Assembly (NCBI GenBank): GCA_965261595.1
Contig: CBDHDG010000006.1
Span: 544,001 to 608,000 of the forward strand
Reading direction: 5' to 3'
Source of the DNA: a bacterium
GTDB taxonomy: Bacteria > UBA8248 > JACPRG01 > G963555815
Length of the DNA: 64,000 bases
In this document: in pieces, positions 47,539-55,835 of the stretch
How the letters are laid out: every line of letters starts with the position of its first letter
How positions within the stretch are numbered: the stretch's first letter is position 1
The notes under the pieces: model-generated
The model's database searches: none
What the model saw: the letters and a program-made list of their open reading frames with translations, nothing else
Told to the model about the DNA's origin: nothing
Position numbers and translations under genes: made by a program

Positions 47539-47781
47539 ATGGCCACCCTCCGTGCCCGGCTGACCTTTCCTGAAAACACCGTCAAGCGTCCCCACATCTA
47601 TGAGGTCGGCCAGGCGTACGACATCGTCTGGAGTGTCCGGACGGCCAACGTCACGGCGGATTTCGGCTGGGTCCACCTCGAGATGACCGGCGAGGAGGAA
47701 AACCTCCAAAAGGCCGTCGAGGCCTTCGAGTCCCGCGGCATCACGGTCGCGCCGATCGAGGGGGACGTCGTCGCGAATTAA
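47539..47781 (+). CDS. Stand-alone NIL-domain protein 2
   Basis: LTFP...VKRPHIYEV...DIVWSVRTANV..GWVHLEMTG...GITV.PIEGDVV pattern. Confidence 0.8.
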   Translation: MATLRARLTFPENTVKRPHIYEVGQAYDIVWSVRTANVTADFGWVHLEMTGEEENLQKAVEAFESRGITVAPIEGDVVAN

Positions 47782-47989
47782 AATCCGATCCGTTTTTTGA
47801 GCCCGTCCATTTTGTCCCCTGAATTTTTCCAGCCCCATTCATCGAATCGCTGTTCGTTTCCTTTCGGACGCTTCTATGAGGGTTTGCATCGGCCCCTACA
47901 TCGAAGAAACCCGGCGTGCCGGCCCTTCACCAACCGAACCCATCCGCAGACCGAATGTCTCCCGCTGGATTTGAAACCCCTCCGGAAAA

Positions 47990-48008
47990 GTTATACACAT
48001 GTCATAAC
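47990..48008. promoter_or_regulatory. Palindromic operator upstream of the antitoxin
   Basis: GTTATACACATGTCATAAC is a near-perfect inverted repeat about 20 bp upstream of the antitoxin start. Confidence 0.55.
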
Positions 48009-48029
48009 GCTCGGCAGAAGGGTTCCGCT

Positions 48030-48266
48030 GTGAAGATCTCGAAAACCAAGACAAAGGTCCGGAAGATCGGAAATTCCCTGGGGATTGTGCTTTCGAAGGA
48101 TCTGCTCGACAGGCTCAATGTCCGGGAAGGGGATGACCTCTTCTGGGTTGTCACGCCCGACGGGGCGCGCCTGACGCCGGATGACCCGGACTTCGAGGCG
48201 GTGGCGCGCTCCAACCGGAATACCATGGACCGCCACAGGAACGCCCTCGAAGATCTGGCCGAGTGA
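48030..48266 (+). CDS. AbrB/MazE/SpoVT-fold antitoxin of the type usually paired with Doc
   Basis: KVRKIGNSLGIVL.K..L..LNVREGD.L...TPDG..LTP.DPDFE...M.RHRNAL..LA. Confidence 0.85.
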   Translation: MKISKTKTKVRKIGNSLGIVLSKDLLDRLNVREGDDLFWVVTPDGARLTPDDPDFEAVARSNRNTMDRHRNALEDLAE

Positions 48267-48379
48267 GGGACCCACCCAGTGAAACGGACGAAGTGAACAT
48301 CATCCGGGGCGATGTCTCAGTCCCAACAACGGGCGGCGAGGATATCCCGCACCCGCCGCCGTCCTTGTCCATGACATAA
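48263..48379 (+). pseudogene. Probable remnant of a Doc/Fic toxin (38 codons)
   Basis: GTGA-coupled to the antitoxin; MRDP start and SETDEVNIIRG resemble Doc N- and C-terminal segments; no Fic motif. Confidence 0.35.
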
Positions 48380-48388
48380 TCAATCACC

Positions 48389-49498
48389 ATGCGCATCTCG
48401 TATCTGAAGCATCTGTCCTGCCCCGCCTCCCGGCCCAAGCGAATGGGGCGGTGCGGGGGAAAGCTGGCCGTCCTGCCGGGGGAGATCCCCTCCCGGCTGG
48501 CGGATGACGACGATGAGCTCCTGGAAGGCAACGTCGTCTGCGAGGACTGCGGGGCGTGGGTCCCCGTCCTGGGCGGGGTGCTCGTCCTCGTTCCCAAGCC
48601 CCGGCTTTATCTGGGCGGCCGGTTCGCCTCCATCATGGCGTTCGCGGGCGTGCACGCCGATCTCTCCAAAGACGCCCGCCAGTGGCTGGCCGGCCAGCAC
48701 TTCGACCTCTACGAAGTCCCCAAAAAACAGGACACTGTCGATTCCAACGCGGTCCTCCACTTCGAGCGCGTCGCCGACCTGATGGCCGAGCTCCCCCTGC
48801 CCGAGAGCTTTCGCGCCTTCCTGGAGGAATGGGACGGGAAGACGCCCTTCGACCTGTTGGCGGAGATGGGCCGGGCGCACCGGGCCGCGCCGGAAAGCAG
48901 CGTCCACCGGGAGAACAACCGGCTGGCCGTGGACGCCGGGTGCGGCGCGGGGGGGCTCGTGCACCGGCTGGCCCCCCACTACGAGACGGTGTTCGGCGTG
49001 GACCTGTCGTTCAGCTCCGTCCTGCTGGCCCGCTCGATCCTGCTCCACCAACCGCGGAAATTCGGCCGGCATTACGTCCGCACGGAGCGGGACGCCTTCA
49101 CCCCGCGTGAGCTGGATCACGCGCCCCATCCGAACGTCGAGGTGATCGTGGCCGACTGCACGAACCTGCCCTTCGGCGATGCGTCGGCCGACGCGGTGGC
49201 GAGCGCGAACATCGTGGATATCGTTCACCCGCACACGCCCCTGCGCGAGGCGGCGCGGGTCATCCGGACGGGCGGACACCTGCTCTTCACCGACCCGTTC
49301 AAGATCGCCGCGGGGATGTTCTCGACAACCTCGCGCGGCCCCCTCGAAGACGCGAAACGCTACCTGGCCTCGATGGACCTGCACCCGGTCGAGGAACACG
49401 ATTTTGTCCCGTGGATCTGGCACCGCTTCAAGCGGCAGGTGCAGATCTATTTCAATTACTGCGGGGCATTCCGGAAGGAACACAAGAAAGAAGAATAA
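48389..49498 (+). CDS. Class I SAM-dependent methyltransferase with N-terminal Trm112-like Zn domain
   Basis: LSCP...C...EG.VVCEDCG...PVLGGV; VDAGCGAGG, GVDLS, ADCTNLPF, R.IRTGG.L. Confidence 0.8.
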   Translation: MRISYLKHLSCPASRPKRMGRCGGKLAVLPGEIPSRLADDDDELLEGNVVCEDCGAWVPVLGGVLVLVPKPRLYLGGRFASIMAFAGVHADLSKDARQWLAGQHFDLYEVPKKQDTVDSNAVLHFERVADLMAELPLPESFRAFLEEWDGKTPFDLLAEMGRAHRAAPESSVHRENNRLAVDAGCGAGGLVHRLAPHYETVFGVDLSFSSVLLARSILLHQPRKFGRHYVRTERDAFTPRELDHAPHPNVEVIVADCTNLPFGDASADAVASANIVDIVHPHTPLREAARVIRTGGHLLFTDPFKIAAGMFSTTSRGPLEDAKRYLASMDLHPVEEHDFVPWIWHRFKRQVQIYFNYCGAFRKEHKKEE

Positions 49499-49505
49499 GA
49501 ACTTC

Positions 49506-49525
49506 CCAGGGGGGCTTTTTTGAAA
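49506..49525 (-). repeat. Partial family A repeat
   Basis: CCAGGGGGGCTTTTTTGAAA is the exact reverse complement of 22409-22428. Confidence 0.65.
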
Positions 49526-49894
49526 CGGAATGTCCAGAGGGGCCATGTGCGGAGTTTCCGGCCCTCACACTCCGCCCACATTTAGCAAATCTTCCAAAAC
49601 AGGCCATTCCAGGCCCCAATTCACCCGTTTTCAGGGGTTTCAGCCCCGTCCCCCCTCACAACCCTACGGGAAACCGTTGGAATGTTATCCCAATGAGCGA
49701 TATGTAAATTTTTCATTATTCAAATTCCGGACTATTGTAGCCTATGATGCCAAACATTGGACGCGTTCCAGTGAGTCAACCTTGAAGGGCCGCGATTGGA
49801 CATCGACCACCCGCCCTCCCCCGTTCATGGATGGGCGAGGCCCCCTCCCCACCCCTCTCCGGGATTCTGAAAAAATATTCAAGTGGCGCATTTG

Positions 49895-49923
49895 TTGAAA
49901 TTTCAGCCTCGGCGTATTAGATT
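49895..49923 (+). promoter_or_regulatory. Putative sigma70 promoter for ilvE
   Basis: TTGAAA-N17-TAGATT; overlaps the palindrome GTTGAAATTTCAGC. Confidence 0.45.
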
Positions 49924-49992
49924 TGGGGATTGGACTCCGGTTCGAATCGGTCAGTCAACCTCCAACCCTCTTCTGGTATAGGATTGCGGCGG

Positions 49993-50904
49993 ATGGAGGC
50001 GGTCAAAGAAATCTGGATGGATGGCGCGTTTGTAAAGTGGGAGGACGCGAAGGTCCACCTCCTGACGCACACCCTTCACTACGGCCTCGGCGTCTTCGAG
50101 GGAATCCGCTGTTACGAGACCGCGAAGGGCCCGGCGATCTTCCGGTTCGGGGAGCACATGGACCGTTTCTACAACTCAGCCCATATTGTGGGGATTCAAC
50201 CCAACATGGACAAGGAAGAAACCCACCGCTCCATCATCGAGCTCATCGGGCGCAACGGCCTGACCTCCTGCTACATCCGGCCCATCATCTATCTGGGTTA
50301 CGGAGAGATGGGGGTGAACAACCAGGCCGCTCCCGTTCATACGGCCGCGGCGACCTGGAAGTGGGGGGCCTACCTGGGAGAGGACGGCCTGAAAAACGGG
50401 ATTCGGGTGAAGATCAGCTCATTCACCAGCCATCACGTCAACAGCTACATGACCAAGTCCAAAACCTGCGCCAACTATGGCGTGTCCCAGATGGCCAAGA
50501 TGGAGGCGGTGCGGGACGGTTACGACGAAGCCATCATGCTGGACCCGGCCGGCATGGTGGCCCAGGGCTCGGGAGAGAACATCTTCCTGGTCCGCAACGG
50601 CGCCCTCAAGACACCGCCCGGCGTGGGGGTCCTGGAGGGCATCACCCGGGACACCATCCTGCAATTGGCCGATGCCCATGGAATAAAACTCTCGGAGGAG
50701 CCCTTCGCCAGAGACGAGCTCTACATCGCGGACGAAGCCTTTTTCACCGGAACAGCGGCGGAGATCACGCCCATCCGGGAAGTGGACAACCGCCGGATCG
50801 GAACCGGCCGCCCCGGCCCGGTCACACAGACCCTTCAGGATGCCTTCTTTCGCGCTGTGCGGGGGGAGGACGAAACCTACGAGAAATGGTTGACCGCCGT
50901 GTGA
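49993..50904 (+). CDS. ilvE: Branched-chain amino acid aminotransferase
   Basis: IWMDG..WEDAKVH.LTH.LHYG.GVFEGIRCY, WGAYLG, GENIF, LEGITR, TGTAAEITP. Confidence 0.96.
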   Translation: MEAVKEIWMDGAFVKWEDAKVHLLTHTLHYGLGVFEGIRCYETAKGPAIFRFGEHMDRFYNSAHIVGIQPNMDKEETHRSIIELIGRNGLTSCYIRPIIYLGYGEMGVNNQAAPVHTAAATWKWGAYLGEDGLKNGIRVKISSFTSHHVNSYMTKSKTCANYGVSQMAKMEAVRDGYDEAIMLDPAGMVAQGSGENIFLVRNGALKTPPGVGVLEGITRDTILQLADAHGIKLSEEPFARDELYIADEAFFTGTAAEITPIREVDNRRIGTGRPGPVTQTLQDAFFRAVRGEDETYEKWLTAV

Positions 50905-50988
50905 CGCGGAACCGGCCGGGTGGATCGTTTCTCCCCGGCGGGCCCGTTCCGCCCGCGGCAAGGCATGAACCGATGGAGGTCATTCAAG

Positions 50989-51342
50989 TTGCCGATCTAC
51001 GAATACGCCTGTCTTGAGTGCGGGCATGAGTTCGAAAAGATTCAGAAAATGTCGGACGCGCCGGCGCGCAAGTGCCCCTCGTGCGGCCGGTTGAAGGCCC
51101 GCCGTCAGATCTCCCGAAGCTCTTTCGTCCTGAAGGGGGGCGGCTGGTACGTCACGGATTACCCCTCGAAAGACCGAGAGGCCGCGATGAAGGCGGACTC
51201 CGACGGCAAGCCGAAGACCGACAAGGCGACCGAAACCGCCGCCCCATCTTCCAACCAGGCCGGCAACGGGACAAAAGAGTCGTCCAAGAAACCCAAGGCG
51301 TCGAAGAGCGAATCATCGAAATCCAAGGCCAAATCCGAATGA
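50989..51342 (+). CDS. FmdB family zinc-ribbon protein
   Basis: PIYEYACLECG...KCPSCG...SFVLKGGGWYVTDY; TTG start after GGAGG. Confidence 0.9.
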   Translation: MPIYEYACLECGHEFEKIQKMSDAPARKCPSCGRLKARRQISRSSFVLKGGGWYVTDYPSKDREAAMKADSDGKPKTDKATETAAPSSNQAGNGTKESSKKPKASKSESSKSKAKSE

Positions 51343-51431
51343 TCCGCCACTCCACCATCTTGTCCATCCGGAGATTTCCGGTCATAAGTCCGGATGGATC
51401 CAAATTTTTTCACACGGCGTGGATTTTCCCC

Positions 51432-51460
51432 TTGCTTTGATCAAGGGGGCTTGTTAGCAT
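51432..51460 (+). promoter_or_regulatory. Putative sigma70 promoter (extended -10)
   Basis: TTGCTT-N17-TAGCAT with TG upstream of -10; overlapped by a CCCCTTG/CAAGGGG inverted repeat. Confidence 0.45.
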
Positions 51461-51578
51461 CCATTCGCATCCCGAAATTCAATCCGCAATTCTTGGCCGT
51501 TGATGATCCCGGATGCGGGGTTTTCGCGGCCCATTTCAGTCTGACGGGTCTGGGAGCATTTTTTCCTTGAGTCCCCCC

Positions 51579-52226
51579 GTGTCCGAACGTGTCTTGGTTC
51601 TGGATCAGGATGACAGGACTTACGCGGTCCTGGAAGAGAGCGTCAAATCGCTCGACATCACCCTCCATCCGATGAGGGACGGGTTCCGGCAGGGCGATTT
51701 GCGGGGCCAGCGTTTTCTGCTCGCGTTCGCGGCTTATCCCAACGATTCATTCTTCGATGGCGATAACCACCGAATCGGGACTTACCGCCTGGTCTTGCTC
51801 GCCAACGCCTCGTCCAAGCGGAAGGCGCTGGATTTGGTGGGATCGGGGATCTTCGGAGTCCTGACCAAACCGTTCCAGCCCGAAGAGGCGAGCGCGGTCA
51901 TCCGGGGCGCCCTGGAGATGCAGCGCGTCCAGCGCGAGCTCAGCCGCCTGGGCACGATCGAGTGCCTGTCCGAATCCTTGATGGACAAGCTGCGGAATAT
52001 TGCGCGCAAGGCGGATCCGGCGAAGAAGGGAGACTTGTACGGTTTTGTGAAGCGCTCCATCGAGAAGCCGCTCTTGGAGATGGTCCTCGAGGAAACCGGC
52101 GGAAACCGGATCAAGGCCGCCAACGTCCTGGGGATCAACCGCAACACCCTCCGGACCAAACTGAAAGAGCTGGGCGTCGAAACCCTCCGCCCGGCCCGGC
52201 CGCGCCGAAAGCCGACCCGACGTTGA
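51579..52226 (+). CDS. Fis-family HTH protein with degenerate receiver-like N-terminus
   Basis: EKPLL..VLEETGGNRIKAANVLGINRNTLRTKLKELG; N-terminal VLVLDQDD and LTKPF; no AAA+ domain; start uncertain. Confidence 0.75.
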   Translation: MSERVLVLDQDDRTYAVLEESVKSLDITLHPMRDGFRQGDLRGQRFLLAFAAYPNDSFFDGDNHRIGTYRLVLLANASSKRKALDLVGSGIFGVLTKPFQPEEASAVIRGALEMQRVQRELSRLGTIECLSESLMDKLRNIARKADPAKKGDLYGFVKRSIEKPLLEMVLEETGGNRIKAANVLGINRNTLRTKLKELGVETLRPARPRRKPTRR

Positions 52227-52279
52227 CGCGCGGGGGGGTAGCCCCCCTCCCCCGGCCGAAGCCCGACCCGGGATTGTTG

Positions 52280-52309
52280 TTGCCCTCCGAACCTCACACT
52301 CCATATAAT
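52280..52309 (+). promoter_or_regulatory. Putative sigma70 promoter for the glmU-like/glmS pair
   Basis: TTGCCC-N18-TATAAT. Confidence 0.45.
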
Positions 52310-52440
52310 CAAGCGTGGCATGATTTAATTTCCGGCCCGTGATTCGAGCGCGGCGGGAAACCTCTCCTCCCGGTCTTCCCGGAAAGAAGAAAGAGGGCCG
52401 TGAAAAGATCCGACGCCCGCCGGGCTCCAGGGACTGTTTC

Positions 52441-53649
52441 ATGAAGGCAATCATCCTCGCGGGCGGCGGCGACAACCTCCCTCCTTTCACGTCTTCGCGC
52501 CCCAAGCCGATGATCCACCTGAGCGGCCGCTACCTCCTGGAGAGCGCCATCGACTATCTCCGTGCGGCCGGCGTCGTGGACCTCATCCTGGTGGTCGGCC
52601 ACGGCAAGGAGCGCATCATCACCCATTTCGGGGGCGGGGATGATTTCGGCGTCCGCATCAGCTACGTCAGCCAGGAGGAAGAGGACCTCGGGATCGGCAA
52701 CGCGCTCTTGCAGGCCGAGGATCGAATCAATCCGGGCGAGCACTTCCTTCTCGTGTACGGAGACGTGGTGACCACCGGGAACATCTACCTGGAGACCATT
52801 CAGAGCTTCAATTCCTTCAAAGCCCCGGTGGCGGCCATCTGTCTGACCCCGGCGACCGAGGCCTTCGGCAACGTCTACCTGGACAACGAGATGCGCATCA
52901 CCCGGCTGGTCGAAAAACCCGGCCAGAGCGGGTTCGGGAACTATGTGCTGGCGGGCGCCTTTGTCCTTCCCCAGAGTTTTTTCGCGACCCTGCAAAGCGC
53001 CGGCGGCGACATGAGCGGGGCCCTGGCGGCCTGGATCGGCGAAAGCGGGCTGCACTCCTGCATCTGGGAGCAGGACTGGGCCGACGTGAAAAACCCGTGG
53101 GACATCCTGCGGGCGAACCGGATGGTCATGGACACGTGGCGCCAGGCCATCGTCTCCGACACCACCGAGTTGAAAGGGTGGGTCCACTTCAATGGACCCG
53201 TCCACATCGAGGAGGGGGTCAAGATCCTGTCCGGGACGGTCGTTGAAGGCCCCTGCTATCTCGGAAAAGGCAGTTTCGTGGGGAACAACGTCCTCATCCG
53301 CCCCTACACCAGCGTCGGTCCGGGCTCGGTGATCGGCTATGGGGTCGAACTGAAAAACTGTGTCCTGTTCGGCTCGACCAAGGTGGGACGCCTGTCCTTC
53401 ATCGGGGACAGCGTCGTGGGCGAAGGGGCCAACATCGGCTCCGGCACGGTCACGGTCAACATTAACCTGGACGGCACGAACGTTCAGGCCTCCGTGAACG
53501 GCGAAATGGTCGAGACGGGGATGGCCAAGCTGGGCTCTTTCATCGGCGACGGGTCCGTGATCGGCGCGGGCAACACCCTGCTGGCGGGCACGGTCATCCG
53601 GGGCGGAAGCGCCATCCCCCATCACGGCACCGCCCCGCGGGAGGTGTAA
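52441..53649 (+). CDS. Sugar-1-phosphate nucleotidyltransferase/acetyltransferase, archaeal GlmU-like
   Basis: MKAIILAG..RPKPM, LVYGD, VEKP, PWDIL.AN, hexapeptide beta-helix with GVELKNC and KLGSFIGD. Confidence 0.85.
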   Translation: MKAIILAGGGDNLPPFTSSRPKPMIHLSGRYLLESAIDYLRAAGVVDLILVVGHGKERIITHFGGGDDFGVRISYVSQEEEDLGIGNALLQAEDRINPGEHFLLVYGDVVTTGNIYLETIQSFNSFKAPVAAICLTPATEAFGNVYLDNEMRITRLVEKPGQSGFGNYVLAGAFVLPQSFFATLQSAGGDMSGALAAWIGESGLHSCIWEQDWADVKNPWDILRANRMVMDTWRQAIVSDTTELKGWVHFNGPVHIEEGVKILSGTVVEGPCYLGKGSFVGNNVLIRPYTSVGPGSVIGYGVELKNCVLFGSTKVGRLSFIGDSVVGEGANIGSGTVTVNINLDGTNVQASVNGEMVETGMAKLGSFIGDGSVIGAGNTLLAGTVIRGGSAIPHHGTAPREV

Positions 53650-53653
53650 GCGC

Positions 53654-55474
53654 ATGTGCGGCATCTCCGGAGTCGTCGGTCACCGTCCGGTCGCGGCGGA
53701 CCTGTACCGGACCATCCGCAATCTGGAGTACCGCGGCTACGATTCCTGCGGCGTGGCGGTGATCCACGACGAACAGCTCGAAATCCGAAAAAACGTCGGC
53801 AGCGTCGAGGAGGTCAACGCCATCGAGGGGTTGACGCGGCTGAGCGGCGATGTCGGCATCGCCCACACCCGCTGGGCCACCCACGGAAAGGTCAACCGCG
53901 AGAACACCCACCCGCACACCGGCTGCCGGGGGGATCTGGCCGTCGTCCACAACGGGATCATCGCCAACTACCGCGCCCTGCGGGAGCGCCTCCAGGCGGA
54001 AGGACACAAGTTCCTCTCCGAAACCGACACCGAGGTGATCGCCCACCTCATCGAGGGGCACATGGACGCCGGGCTGAACCTGGAGGACGCCTTCCGCCGC
54101 TCGGCCCGGGAGCTCGAAGGCACATTCGCCCTGGCGGTGATCGCCCTGCGCGAGCGGGACCGGATCCTCTGCGCCAAAAAAGAAAGCCCCCTCATCCTGG
54201 GGATCGGAGAGAGCTGCAACTTCGTCGGCTCGGACTTCAACGCCTTTATCGAGTTCACCAAGCACGCCGTGGTCCTGGAGGACGGCGAGATGGCCATCGT
54301 CACCCGGGACGGGTTCACGGTGAAGGACTTCCTGACCGGGCGGACCATCCGCAAGAGCGTCATGGAGATCCAGTGGGACGCCGAGATATCCAAGCGCGGG
54401 GGCTACCCGCACTACATGCTCAAGGAAATCTACGAGCAGCCGCGCACCATCACCCACGCCCTCGAGATCGACCGTTCGACGCTGCGCGAGATCGCCCGCG
54501 CCGTCGAAGGGTCCGGGCGGACGTACCTCATCGGAACGGGGACGACCTATTACGTCAGCCTCACCGCCCAGTACCTTTTTTCCCAGCTGGCCGGCCGGTT
54601 CCTCCCGGCCGTAAGCAGCGACGAGTTTCGCGGCCTGGCCACATCGGACAGAGACACCCTGGTCCTGGCCTGCTCCCAGTCGGGGGAGACGTACGATACG
54701 CTGAGCGCGCTCCGCCACGCCAAGGCCCAGGGCGCGGCCACGGCGGTGGTGGTCAACGTCATGGGGTCATCCATCGCCCGGATGGCCGATCAGGTGATCA
54801 TCCAGGGGGCCGGTCCGGAGATCTGCGTCCTCAGCACGAAGGCGGCCATCTCCCAAATCGCCATCCTCCTGCTCATCGCCCTGGAGCTGGGGATCGAGAC
54901 GGGTCACCTCTCGGAAGGGGAGGTCGAGGTCCTGCGCGGGGAGCTCGCCCGGCTGCCGGACCTCATCGAAACGATCCTCAACGAGCGCTCGGGATTCATT
55001 CACACCATCGCCCACCGGCGGATGGACCGGAAAAACTGGCTCTACCTGGGCCGGGGGATTTACTACACCATCGCCATGGAATCGGCGCTCAAGATGAAAG
55101 AGGTCACTTACCTGCACGCCGAGGGCATGCCCGCCGGGTTCCTCAAGCACGGGACCATCTCCCTGATCGACGACCGCATGGCCTCGTTGATCCTGATCCC
55201 GCCCCCGGACGCGGGCGAGCTCTACACCCTCTCGCTGAGCAGCGTCGAGGAGATCAAGGCCCGGGGCGGCTACGTCCTTGGGTTCCACACCGAGGGGGAC
55301 AAAGACGCGCTGGCCGTGTGCGACGAATCCATCGCCCTCCCGGCCGCCCCCCTGCTGGTGACGCCCTTCCTCCACCTGATCGTCGGACAGCTCTTCGCCT
55401 ACTTCACCGCCACGGGCCTCAAGCGAAACATCGACCGACCCCGCTCCCTCGCCAAATCCGTCACGGTCGCCTGA
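53654..55474 (+). CDS. glmS: Glutamine--fructose-6-phosphate transaminase
   Basis: MCGI, LEYRGYDS, HTRWATHG, HNGII.N, SQSGET, LK.KE, PR.LAKSVTV. Confidence 0.95.
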   Translation: MCGISGVVGHRPVAADLYRTIRNLEYRGYDSCGVAVIHDEQLEIRKNVGSVEEVNAIEGLTRLSGDVGIAHTRWATHGKVNRENTHPHTGCRGDLAVVHNGIIANYRALRERLQAEGHKFLSETDTEVIAHLIEGHMDAGLNLEDAFRRSARELEGTFALAVIALRERDRILCAKKESPLILGIGESCNFVGSDFNAFIEFTKHAVVLEDGEMAIVTRDGFTVKDFLTGRTIRKSVMEIQWDAEISKRGGYPHYMLKEIYEQPRTITHALEIDRSTLREIARAVEGSGRTYLIGTGTTYYVSLTAQYLFSQLAGRFLPAVSSDEFRGLATSDRDTLVLACSQSGETYDTLSALRHAKAQGAATAVVVNVMGSSIARMADQVIIQGAGPEICVLSTKAAISQIAILLLIALELGIETGHLSEGEVEVLRGELARLPDLIETILNERSGFIHTIAHRRMDRKNWLYLGRGIYYTIAMESALKMKEVTYLHAEGMPAGFLKHGTISLIDDRMASLILIPPPDAGELYTLSLSSVEEIKARGGYVLGFHTEGDKDALAVCDESIALPAAPLLVTPFLHLIVGQLFAYFTATGLKRNIDRPRSLAKSVTVA

Positions 55475-55535
55475 GGATCCCCGGGGGGCCTTCCTCCGGC
55501 TCCAGCGCGGGTCGGTTGACCCCTGGATCGTCTGT

Positions 55536-55737
55536 GGATTCAAAGATTGAAAGAGGCAAAGACAGAGGCAAAATGCGCATCCACAGATTTCGCAGATTAC
55601 ACAGATTGGAGAAGACTAAAATCAAGGAATTCGAGGCGGGATTTATCGCTGTGCTCGGAATGACATATGAAGAGGTGTTGGCCGGGGGAGTTTCAGAAAT
55701 CCGTGCAATCTGTAGAATCTGTGGTTAAAAGCCTTTC
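55536..55737 (+). repeat. ~200-bp composite repeat, family B copy 1
   Basis: CCACAGATT-type triplet ... AATCTGTGG-type triplet (inverted), enclosing GATT.ATCGCTG.GCTCGGAATGACA; directly repeated at 57069-57262. Confidence 0.85.
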
Positions 55738-55835
55738 CGTCGTAATCCGTCAAAATCCCGGATTAAAGATCGACGCGAGGCGGGATACGCTTTCCGCGAT
55801 TGGACCCGGATTCAATCTTCAGAGAGAGGAGACCC

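Noticed and set aside
47797..48033. Short ORFs in intergenic gaps (47797-48033, 49530-49898, 22191-22598, 63161-63403)
   Set aside because: No SD, no recognisable motif and atypical codon use; they overlap regulatory or repeat DNA.
49660..49685. ACGG-GAAA-CCGT hairpin as a c-di-GMP-I riboswitch
   Set aside because: Isolated GNRA hairpin without the GGCAAA/GACGCAAAG context or a second stem.
53600..53654. glmS ribozyme
   Set aside because: glmS begins 4 nt after the upstream stop, so there is no leader.
53656..55728. 690-aa alternative-frame ORF ending ...EIRAICRICG
   Set aside because: It overlaps glmS out of frame, and the CxxC-like end is just the translation of the AATCTGTG repeats.
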